Assembly (NCBI GenBank): GCA_946404125.1
Contig: CAMJCK010000017.1
Span: 349 to 64,348, forward strand
Direction of reading: 5' to 3'
From: an uncultured Bacteroidota bacterium
GTDB taxonomy: Bacteria > Bacteroidota > Bacteroidia > Bacteroidales > SZUA-534
Length of the DNA stretch: 64,000 bases
The position numbers were made by a program, and so were the translations under genes. The notes below the pieces were generated by a model. That model was not told the origin of the DNA. It did not search any database and worked only from the letters and a program-made list of their open reading frames with translations. Shown piece after piece: positions 56,516 through 64,000 of the stretch (within the stretch, counting starts at the first letter, position 1; the number at the start of each line of letters is the position of its first letter).

Positions 56516-57311
56516 CCAACATATCGACTTGGAATCGACCGACGAAGTGCGCGCTATCGAGCCCATCACTCTGCCAGAGATGGACTCGATTAAGCTGATG
56601 AACCGCATCGACTCGAAATATCTGACCAACGAAGATGTGTTGCTGGCCATTCTGCGCGACGCACACGCCGAAGGCTACCGCGCGCTTGTGGTTGAAGGCA
56701 AGAAGGTAAGTCCTTATAACAGTATGTATTACGACACGCCTGAGTTGCGGATGTTTCTCGACCACCACAACCGCCGGATGGTGCGGCAGAAGGTGCGCAC
56801 GCGAGTGTATGTTGCTTCAGGTCAGACATTTCTGGAAATCAAGCACAAGAATAACAAGAAGCGCACCAAGAAGAAGCGCACCGAAATCGATAATAGCCTG
56901 TTCTTCGATTTCCGCAGCAACGCGGCCGCAGCCGATTTTCTGGCAAACAACTCGTCCTTCACCGTCAACGACATTGTGCCGCAGATGGAAACCATCTTCA
57001 ACCGCATCACGCTGGTGAACGCCGCCAAAACCGAGCGCCTGACCATCGACACCAATCTGCGGTTTGTGAACCACACCACGGGGCTGAAGTCGTCGCTGAA
57101 GAACGCCGTCATCATTGAGTTGAAGCAGGACGGTCGCGCCGATTCGCAGATGAAACGCATCTTGCTGAACCACAGAGTGAAACCGACGCGTATGAGCAAA
57201 TACTGCATCGGCACCACCATCACCAATCCGAACGTGAAATCGAACCGATTCAAAAAGAAAATACGACGAATTGAAAAAGTAATAAACTCAAAAATAGAAT
57301 GTTATGATTAG
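56505..57311 (+). CDS. VTC-domain (polyphosphate polymerase-like, CYTH-type) protein
   Basis: MDSIKLMNRIDSKYL and the following pattern are typical of bacterial VTC-domain proteins. ATG 56505 chosen over the TTG 56487 in the track. Confidence 0.6.
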   Translation: MPTNQHIDLESTDEVRAIEPITLPEMDSIKLMNRIDSKYLTNEDVLLAILRDAHAEGYRALVVEGKKVSPYNSMYYDTPELRMFLDHHNRRMVRQKVRTRVYVASGQTFLEIKHKNNKKRTKKKRTEIDNSLFFDFRSNAAAADFLANNSSFTVNDIVPQMETIFNRITLVNAAKTERLTIDTNLRFVNHTTGLKSSLKNAVIIELKQDGRADSQMKRILLNHRVKPTRMSKYCIGTTITNPNVKSNRFKKKIRRIEKVINSKIECYD

Positions 57312-58143
57312 AATTTTTGTTTTCCTGATGTCGCTCGCGCTGGCGTTCCCAACCGTGAGCACCTTTGCACAAGACGCAACCGATGTTGCCGCTCTCGCCG
57401 ACTTCGGCAACCCCGATCCCGACGACGAACTATTTGACGTGCAGACAATTACCGACGCGATGATGACCACACAGCAGAAACTTGGCGAACTGGGAATCCG
57501 CTTCCTGCTCAACCTTGTTGTGTGCTGGATTCTGGTGCAGTTCTTCTACTACCGCAAGAGCCGCCGCCGCGACTACTACTTCACTTTTATGATTTTCTCG
57601 TCGGCGATGCTGGCGCTGCTCTACGTGATGGGAAGCGTGTCGGTGGGTGTGGGAATGACACTCGGCCTGTTCGCCATCTTCGGTGTCATCCGCTACCGCA
57701 CCGAGACCGTGCCAATCCGCGAAATGACCTATCTGTTTATCATTATTGCACTTGCGGCTGTCAACGGCCTTGCGTCGCTCTATCAGGTTGTCGATGTGGC
57801 CACCAAACCGCACTACGCGCTTGAGCTGGGAAATGTTGCCGTTCTAGCGATTGTCAACTTGCTGATTGTGATACTGATAGCCATTCTCGAAACCGCCGTG
57901 TCGGCCAACCACACCACCACCAAACTGGTGCTCTACGACCGCATTGATATGATTGTGCCCGAGAAACGCGACGAGCTGATTGCCGACCTTGAGAAACGTA
58001 TCGGCATCAAAATCAACTCGATAGAGATTGGTCACGTTGATTTTCTGAAAGACGCCGCCTTCATCAAAGTCACCTACGACCTTCAGGAAGGCGAGACTAA
58101 CACCATTAACACGCTGACAAAGGCAAACAAGTATGCAGAATAA
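57304..58143 (+). CDS. DUF4956-like membrane protein
   Basis: Signal peptide plus several TM helices. Overlaps the VTC gene by 8 nt. The VTC-DUF4956 pairing is from memory. Confidence 0.5.
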   Translation: MIRIFVFLMSLALAFPTVSTFAQDATDVAALADFGNPDPDDELFDVQTITDAMMTTQQKLGELGIRFLLNLVVCWILVQFFYYRKSRRRDYYFTFMIFSSAMLALLYVMGSVSVGVGMTLGLFAIFGVIRYRTETVPIREMTYLFIIIALAAVNGLASLYQVVDVATKPHYALELGNVAVLAIVNLLIVILIAILETAVSANHTTTKLVLYDRIDMIVPEKRDELIADLEKRIGIKINSIEIGHVDFLKDAAFIKVTYDLQEGETNTINTLTKANKYAE

Positions 58144-58161
58144 ACAATAAACCTATTGAGT

Positions 58162-59025
58162 ATGAAAAAGTTAATTATTTTTTCGCTTGCCGCGATGCTG
58201 GCTGTGCCGACACTTGCCGAAGAACAATTGAGAGAAGACGCCGGCACAGATTTCGGCGGACGCGTTTCGGCCGAGGTTGACAAAAAACTGATGAAAGGCC
58301 TGCACGCCTTTGTCAATGGCGAAGCCCGCCTTAACGATAACTTTGGTAATTTCTACCGCTATCAGGGAACCGTCGGCGCAAGCTACAAAGTGAACGATTA
58401 CCTGAAAACAGCGGTAAGCTACACTTTCATCGAGACAAAAAAAACAAAAGACTCAACAGATATTTGGAAGTTGCGCCACCGCTTCACTTTTGATGTAACT
58501 GGCTCATACAGAATGGGTGATTTCAAATTCTCGTTGCGTGAACGGTTCCAAGTTACGCGCCGGACTGATGATGTTAACGAATATCAAGATAACAAGAATG
58601 CCTGTGTGCTTCGCAGCCGTTTTATGGCTCAGTACAAAGGGTTAAGCGACTGGACGCCATACGCTTACGTTGATGTCCGCAACACGCTTAATGCACCAAA
58701 ATGGTCATATAAGTATGAAAATGGTCTTTTTCATAGTGTAGCAGACAGTATGCATATTGATTCCACAAATTTCCAAGGGAATAAAGATGTGTATATTAAT
58801 CGTGTACGCTTAGGGTTGGGTGCAGAATGGGAACTGAACAAACAGCACTCTTTCGATTTTTTCATCCTTTACGATTTCTGCTTTGATAGGGAAATAGACG
58901 TTAAAAAGAATCAAAAATTCAGCAAAAAGGGGAATCTAAAACATAACAAAAATGATTTAGAGTCTGTCATTTACAGAAAAAGTCGCAATGTAAGCATTGG
59001 CATTGGCTATAAATTCTCGTTCTAA
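58162..59025 (+). CDS. Predicted outer-membrane beta-barrel protein (DUF2490-like)
   Basis: Signal peptide MKKLIIFSLAAMLAVPTLA, beta-strand-rich, C-terminal ...GIGYKFSF. Confidence 0.5.
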   Translation: MKKLIIFSLAAMLAVPTLAEEQLREDAGTDFGGRVSAEVDKKLMKGLHAFVNGEARLNDNFGNFYRYQGTVGASYKVNDYLKTAVSYTFIETKKTKDSTDIWKLRHRFTFDVTGSYRMGDFKFSLRERFQVTRRTDDVNEYQDNKNACVLRSRFMAQYKGLSDWTPYAYVDVRNTLNAPKWSYKYENGLFHSVADSMHIDSTNFQGNKDVYINRVRLGLGAEWELNKQHSFDFFILYDFCFDREIDVKKNQKFSKKGNLKHNKNDLESVIYRKSRNVSIGIGYKFSF

Positions 59026-59049
59026 AGGAATACTCATCTACTTACATAA

Positions 59050-59080
59050 AAAAGAGGCTGCCATTGGGTAGCCTCTTTTG
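59050..59080. terminator. Bidirectional terminator between convergent genes
   Basis: AAAAAGAGGCTGCC-ATT-GGGTAGCCTCTTTTG. Confidence 0.7.
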
Positions 59081-59103
59081 GTATAATCAGCTGAAAATCA
59101 GAA

Positions 59104-60141
59104 TCAGAACGCTGTCGATTTCAGTTTCAGTCCCGCCTTCTCGTCAATGCCGAACATAATGTTCATATTCTGAACTGCCTGTCCCACAGCGCCTTTCAGC
59201 AGGTTGTCAATCATTGATGTGATGACGGCCTTGTTGCCGAACTTGCTGATGTGGACGAGCGCCTTATTGGTGTTCACTACTTGCTTCAGGTCGATGTCGC
59301 TATCGCTGTAGTGCGTGAAAGCCGCGTCTTTGTAAAACTCTTTGTATAAAGCCGACAACTGTTCCGATGTCGGATTGGTGGCAGAGCCTTCCTCGCCGTC
59401 GAATTTCACAACCTCTGTGCAGAAAATGCCGCGCGCAAAATCGCCGCGATAAGGAATGAAATCGATGGTAATCTCGTCTGCCTTTGGCTGTGCCACAAGC
59501 GTGTCGGCAAATGTGGGCGCGTTGGTCGGGCGCAACTCGTTCAGGCTTTGGCAAATCTCGTGAAGATGCTGATGCTCAAACACTTTATAGATGCTCATAT
59601 TGTTGTTGCGCCACGAGAAATGTGTGGTTGCCGACGGTTTCTGTCCAGCACCCGTCGAGCCAGTGATGGCGTTCACTGCCACGTCGTAACGCAGCAGCCC
59701 CGCCTTGGCCAACGGCAGCAAACCCAACTGAATGCAGGTTGCAAAGCAGCCAGGATTGGCCAAATGCTGACACGACTTGATTTGTGCTTTGTGGATTTCG
59801 GGCAGACCGTAAACATAATCGTGAGTTGGTGCGGCAATGCGGAAATCCTGTGCCATATCAATGATTTTCACATTGTTAGGTATAGAGTGCTCTTTCAGGA
59901 AGGCCTCGCTCTTGCCGTGCCCGAAGCAGAAGAACACCACGTCAACCTTGTCGAACGGCATTTCAGCAGTAAATCGCAAGTCGGTTTCGCCCAGCAGACC
60001 CTCGTGCACGTCGCACACAAGGTTTCCCGCATTCGACTCGCTGTTGGCGAACACAATCTCGGCCTCGGGATGGTTTATCAGCAGTCTAATCAACTCGCCG
60101 CCTGTATATCCAGCAGCGCCCAAAATTCCTATCTTTATCAT
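59104..60141 (-). CDS. argC: N-acetyl-gamma-glutamyl-phosphate reductase
   Basis: MIKIGILGAAGYTGGELIRLL, active-site region LANPGCFAT; 345 aa; arg gene cluster context. Confidence 0.9.
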   Translation of the reverse strand: MIKIGILGAAGYTGGELIRLLINHPEAEIVFANSESNAGNLVCDVHEGLLGETDLRFTAEMPFDKVDVVFFCFGHGKSEAFLKEHSIPNNVKIIDMAQDFRIAAPTHDYVYGLPEIHKAQIKSCQHLANPGCFATCIQLGLLPLAKAGLLRYDVAVNAITGSTGAGQKPSATTHFSWRNNNMSIYKVFEHQHLHEICQSLNELRPTNAPTFADTLVAQPKADEITIDFIPYRGDFARGIFCTEVVKFDGEEGSATNPTSEQLSALYKEFYKDAAFTHYSDSDIDLKQVVNTNKALVHISKFGNKAVITSMIDNLLKGAVGQAVQNMNIMFGIDEKAGLKLKSTAF

Positions 60142-60144
60142 AAT

Positions 60145-60333
60145 CTATTCGTTAGGCATTACAAGTGCAAAAATCAAGTAGAGCAATAAGCCGCAACCGC
60201 CAAACACGGCCAGCAGTATCCAAATGATGCGCATTACCGTCGGGTCAAGGTCGAGATACTCGGCCAGCCCGCCGCATACACCGCAGATAGTGCGGTTCTT
60301 TTGTGACTTTACCAATCGTTTTACCTCTGCCAT
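60145..60333 (-). CDS. PspC-domain small membrane protein
   Basis: RTICGVCGGLAEYLDLDPTVMRIIWILLAVFGG. Confidence 0.75.
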   Translation of the reverse strand: MAEVKRLVKSQKNRTICGVCGGLAEYLDLDPTVMRIIWILLAVFGGCGLLLYLIFALVMPNE

Positions 60334-60338
60334 TTTAT

Positions 60339-61544
60339 TTATTGTCTTTCATTAGGATGCGCCAGATAGTACGCTCTCAGCGCCGTCGATGTCACCTTGA
60401 TGAAGCCTTTGGCGTCGTCTGATGTCCAGGCTTTGGCAGTCTCACCGTACTCACCCAATTTATTCTTAACCAAATCGTTAGGCGAATCAACACCGACTGT
60501 TTGGAAGCATAATGGACGCAGTTCCAGAGTAACCTCGCCCGTAACGTTGCGTTGGCTGCTTGTCAGCATTGCCTCGATGTCGGGCATAACAGGCTCAAGA
60601 TACTGACTCTCGTGCAGGAACATTCCGTACCAGTTCGACACTTGGTCCTTCCAGTACTGCTGCCACTTCGAGAGCGTGAATTTCTCAAGGAAACGGTGCG
60701 CGCCGATAATCAGCATTGGTGCTGCGGCCTCGAAACCAACGCGGCCCTTGATACCGATGATGGTGTCGCCCACGTGGCAGTCGCGGCCGATGCCGTAAGC
60801 GGCGCCAATCTCTTCAACTGCCTGAATAGCAGCAATTTTATCAGTAAATTTCTTTCCGTTCACGCTGCACAATTCGCCCTTTTCAAAGCCAAGTTTCAGC
60901 ATTTCAGGACCTTCTTTGGTTGGGTGTTTCAAGTAGGCCGATTCGGGCAGACCTTGCTTTGAATCAAGTATTTCGCCGCCGCAGATTGACGTGCCCCAAA
61001 TGCCCACATTGTACGAATATTTGAGTTTTGTGAAATCGGCAAAAAATCCGTTTTTGTTCAGATAATCAACCTCTTCCTGACGACTAAGGTTGCCGTCGCG
61101 CGTCAGCGTAATAATCTCAACGCCAGGGCACATAACCAGGAAAGTCATATCGAAGCGGATTTGGTCGTTGCCAGCGCCCGTTGAGCCGTGGGCAATGGCC
61201 GACGCTCCTATCTCTTTGGCATAGCGCGCAATGGCGATGGCTTGGAAGATGCGTTCCGACGAAACTGAAATCGGGTAGCAGTTGTTGCGCAGCACGTTGC
61301 CATAGACCATATATTTCAAACTCTTCTCGTAGTATTCCTTTGTCACGTCGAGAGTTACGTATTTTGTCGCGCCCAGTTTGTAGGCGTTTTCCTCGTTTGT
61401 TTTGAGTTGCTCAGCGCTGAAACCGCCCGTGTTGGCGCAAGCCGCGTGAACCTCGTAGCCCTTTTCCTTGGCCAGATACATAACGGTGTACGATGTGTCC
61501 AAACCGCCACTGAAGGCCACTACCACTTTCTTTTTCTGTTCCAT
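60339..61544 (-). CDS. argG: Argininosuccinate synthase
   Basis: VVVAFSGGLDTS PP-loop motif; 401 aa. Confidence 0.93.
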   Translation of the reverse strand: MEQKKKVVVAFSGGLDTSYTVMYLAKEKGYEVHAACANTGGFSAEQLKTNEENAYKLGATKYVTLDVTKEYYEKSLKYMVYGNVLRNNCYPISVSSERIFQAIAIARYAKEIGASAIAHGSTGAGNDQIRFDMTFLVMCPGVEIITLTRDGNLSRQEEVDYLNKNGFFADFTKLKYSYNVGIWGTSICGGEILDSKQGLPESAYLKHPTKEGPEMLKLGFEKGELCSVNGKKFTDKIAAIQAVEEIGAAYGIGRDCHVGDTIIGIKGRVGFEAAAPMLIIGAHRFLEKFTLSKWQQYWKDQVSNWYGMFLHESQYLEPVMPDIEAMLTSSQRNVTGEVTLELRPLCFQTVGVDSPNDLVKNKLGEYGETAKAWTSDDAKGFIKVTSTALRAYYLAHPNERQ

Positions 61545-61655
61545 ATCTTTATAGTTATAAGTTTTTGAGTTATAAGTTTTTAACTTTGAGTAAGGTGTAA
61601 AGATTAATGTGTAAAGTTCGCATTTTTAAATCCTAATTCCTAACTCCTAAATGAA
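61545..61655. repeat. Low-complexity intergenic tract reusing the word families seen at 9244-9430
   Basis: GTTATAAGTTTTT x2; GAGTAAGGTGTAAAGA (61588-61603, identical to 9244-9259); AATGTGTAA; AAATCCTAATTCCTAACTCCTAAAT. Confidence 0.9.
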
Positions 61656-61657
61656 AT

Positions 61658-62299
61658 TTAGTCTTCAGGAAAACCGTCGGGGAAGCGTGCGTGGATGATG
61701 TCCTCAACGCCAGGGTCGTGCGATAGTTCCTCGTCGGCGTCGCGGACGCTGCGCGGGCGCTCAGGGTCGTAGAGCATACCGGTGCAAACGCAGTAGCGAC
61801 GGTCTGTGCGCTTCAGAATATCTTGGTTGATGCAGCCCTCGCAACCTTTCCAGAATGTCTCGTCGTCAGTGAGTTGGGCGAAAGTTACAGGCACATATCC
61901 GTGGTCGGTGTTGAGTTTCATAACTGCGGCACCCGATGTCAGGCTGAAGATTTTTGCCTGCGGCCAGCGCATACGCGCAAGCGTGAACGTCACGTGCTTG
62001 ATGCGGCGTGCAAGGCCGTGTCCGCGGTACTCTTCGGGCACAATCAAACCCGATGTGGTTACGTAGTGCTTGCCGCCCCACGTCTCAATGTAACTGAAAC
62101 CAGCGAATTTGTCGCCGTCGAGCGCGATGACAGCCTTGCCCTCGCTCATTTTTTGTTTCACATAGCCCGGATTACGTTTTGCAATGCCCGTGCCACGCAC
62201 TTTTGCGGCAGCCGCAATGGTTGCCAAAATCTCGTCAACATAAGAGTAGTGCTCCTTGTCGGCCACTAAAATTTTAATGTTGTCGTTGTACTGTTCCAT
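61658..62299 (-). CDS. GNAT-family N-acetyltransferase (arg cluster)
   Basis: 213 aa from ATG 62299. EEYRGHGLARRIKH acetyl-CoA-binding-type motif. Sits upstream of argG. Confidence 0.7.
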   Translation of the reverse strand: MEQYNDNIKILVADKEHYSYVDEILATIAAAAKVRGTGIAKRNPGYVKQKMSEGKAVIALDGDKFAGFSYIETWGGKHYVTTSGLIVPEEYRGHGLARRIKHVTFTLARMRWPQAKIFSLTSGAAVMKLNTDHGYVPVTFAQLTDDETFWKGCEGCINQDILKRTDRRYCVCTGMLYDPERPRSVRDADEELSHDPGVEDIIHARFPDGFPED

Positions 62300-62699
62300 T
62301 TTTATGCTTCTAAGTGTATTTTTATGCAAGACCACTGAATATTCTTGCGGCCGCAAAAGTACATCGTAGTTTGAATATTGCAAAGCTTTTTTTGAGAGAA
62401 AAATTTGAGGAAATTTCAGCAATAGCTAGCAGGAGGTGAACCGAATTTAAAGTGTTTTTTACTCAAAAAAAACGCCTCCTTATCATTAAGGAAAGATTAA
62501 GGGAAGATTAAGGGAACATATAGCAAACATATAGGGAACTGGCATAAAGGGAGGAGAGAATGGTGTAAAGATGATGATTTTGGGGATTTTAGCAAGAAAA
62601 GTGTTGCAAACTCATATATAATAGTATATCTTTGTGAGACTTTGAAAAAATGGGTGTAGCGTCCCATTTCAACTAGTTAACTACTTCATACATAATAAG

Positions 62700-64000
62700 A
62701 TGAAAAAACTATTTACCAAGTTTTTTGCGGTTATGGCTATGGCCATAGGCACTGCTGTGTCAGTATTCGGACAGAACGGTTTCTCGTACCAGGCGGTCGT
62801 TCGCGACGCGGAAGGCGTACTGGTGACCAACAAGCAGGTTGAGGTCAGGTTCAGCCTGAAGCACGACGGCACTGTTTACTATTCTGAGAAACAGGAAGTT
62901 AGAACCAACGAGTACGGCAACATACAGGTTGTTGTGGGCGGCGGCGAGCGTCTGGACGGCGATTTCGCCAGCGTGCCCTGGAGCACTATGGACATCAGGA
63001 TGGAGGTGGCCGTGGACATTGACGGCAAGGGCGAGGTGCTGCTCGGCGAGGTGCCGGTGCAGGGAGCGCCGTACGCGATGTACGCGCAGAAAGCCGGCGG
63101 CCTCACATCGAAGAACGCCAACACCAAGGACGGTGAGGCGCTGTTCTCGGTGAACGACGCCAGCGGCAACCCGGTGTTCGCGGTCTTCGCCGACGGCATT
63201 GTGGTGTATGTTGACGACACCGACACCAAGGCCAAGCGGAGCGGATTCGTGGTAACCGGACGCTCGGCCACCAAGGGAGAGAGCGCGACAGACTACTTCT
63301 CGGTGACAGCCGAGGGCACACAGATATACGTTGATGACGTGGCCGAGAGCCAGGCCGACAAGGCCAAGCGGAGCGGCTTCGTGGTGACAGGCCGCTCGGC
63401 CACCAAAGACGGTGCGGCCGACTATCTGACCATCGACGGCAAGGGCACCACGGTGTACATCGAGGACGACTCGTCGAAAGCCAAACGCAGCGGCTTTGTG
63501 GTGACAGGCCGCTCGGCCACCAAGGACGGCCTGGAGCCGCAGTACTTCGCGGCCGGCGCCGACGGAACGACAGTGTATGTTGACGACACCTCGTCAGACA
63601 AGGCCAAACGGAGCGGCTTTGTGGTTACCGGCCGCACGGCCACCAAGGGCGGCGACGCCGACGGTTATCTGGCCGTTGACGGCAGCGGCACGCAGGTCTA
63701 TGTTGACGGCGCCGACGCCGAAGACAAGGCCAGACGCAGCGGCTTTGTGGTGACAGGGCGCTCGGCGAGCAAGGCCGAGGAGGACACGCTGTTCGCCATT
63801 GCGGGCGGCTACACCCGCGTGTATGTGGACGAGGACGAGGCCGGCAAGGCCAAACGCAGCGGCTTTGTGGTTACGGGCCGCACTGCTAGCAAGGATAACA
63901 CCGACCTTTTCAATGTCAGCGGCGGTGGCAGTGTTGAAATCACCACCAACGAGTTCGCGGTGAACGACGGAGCCGATGACACACAGGAGACCGACACATC
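62700..64000 (+). CDS. Secreted tandem-repeat protein, 5' partial (runs off the right edge)
   Basis: ATG 62700; signal peptide MKKLFTKFFAVMAMAIGTAVSVFGQ; no in-frame stop to the window end (checked by manual translation). Six about 40-aa repeats KAKRSGFVVTGRSATK...VYVDD from about 63228. Confidence 0.8.
   Translation, partial: MKKLFTKFFAVMAMAIGTAVSVFGQNGFSYQAVVRDAEGVLVTNKQVEVRFSLKHDGTVYYSEKQEVRTNEYGNIQVVVGGGERLDGDFASVPWSTMDIRMEVAVDIDGKGEVLLGEVPVQGAPYAMYAQKAGGLTSKNANTKDGEALFSVNDASGNPVFAVFADGIVVYVDDTDTKAKRSGFVVTGRSATKGESATDYFSVTAEGTQIYVDDVAESQADKAKRSGFVVTGRSATKDGAADYLTIDGKGTTVYIEDDSSKAKRSGFVVTGRSATKDGLEPQYFAAGADGTTVYVDDTSSDKAKRSGFVVTGRTATKGGDADGYLAVDGSGTQVYVDGADAEDKARRSGFVVTGRSASKAEEDTLFAIAGGYTRVYVDEDEAGKAKRSGFVVTGRTASKDNTDLFNVSGGGSVEITTNEFAVNDGADDTQETDT

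Noticed and set aside
55836-56768. Minus-strand ORFs (78-195 aa) around the 138-aa secreted protein and VTC genes
   Set aside because: They are antisense or overlap better-supported plus-strand genes and have no motifs.
62681-63997. Several minus-strand ORFs (62879..63274, 63103..63321, 63422..63646, 63809..63997)
   Set aside because: They are antisense to the long open plus-strand frame that has a signal peptide and protein-level repeats. The ORF track omits the plus-strand ORF only because it has no stop inside the window.

Overview
This 64-kb window looks like a Bacteroidota (Bacteroidales-like) chromosome. The indicators are lipobox signal peptides, TAnnTTTG promoter boxes and the gene families present. 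All family names come from motif recognition by eye; no database search or computation was possible.

Layout:
- 1-6.75 kb: the cas-proximal end of a type II-C CRISPR-Cas locus. The array runs off the left edge, cas2-cas1-cas9 lie on the minus strand, and a tracrRNA sits upstream of cas9.
- 6.8-17.2 kb: housekeeping genes. These are an OmpH-like chaperone, cstA, pyrBI, murA, a DHH phosphoesterase, two FKBP isomerases and a 4Fe-4S membrane protein, plus an AT-rich lipoprotein gene that appears to be inserted.
- 17.28-54.80 kb: a visibly AT-rich island of about 37.5 kb in the 3' end of tRNA-Ser(UGA), bounded by an 18-bp direct repeat. It carries a tyrosine integrase, a MobC-like protein, a second divergent recombinase, a RecA-like ATPase and excisionase-type HTH proteins. 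No relaxase, conjugation genes or phage structural genes were recognised.
- 54.9-64 kb: an outer-membrane protein, a VTC/DUF4956 cluster, argC-pspC-argG-GNAT, and the 5' part of a secreted tandem-repeat protein.

Island cargo is almost entirely conflict-system-like:
- an SF1 helicase-DUF559 nuclease fusion
- an orphan AbiEi
- a type I R-M operon with two tandem hsdM paralogues and three extra embedded genes
- a 1121-aa SF2 helicase-nuclease translationally coupled to a 604-aa Argonaute-like protein (DdmDE-like architecture; my top candidate for a novel system)
- a DUF3791-DUF3990-DUF3791 trio
- a 622-aa AAA-ATPase-like protein with small partner ORFs
- a HEPN-like ORF
- a tightly packed operon with three different calcineurin-like metallophosphoesterases plus unknown proteins

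Decayed gene-end fragments divide this cargo into cassette-like units. The core flanks, but not the island, contain recurrent strand-asymmetric low-complexity intergenic tracts.
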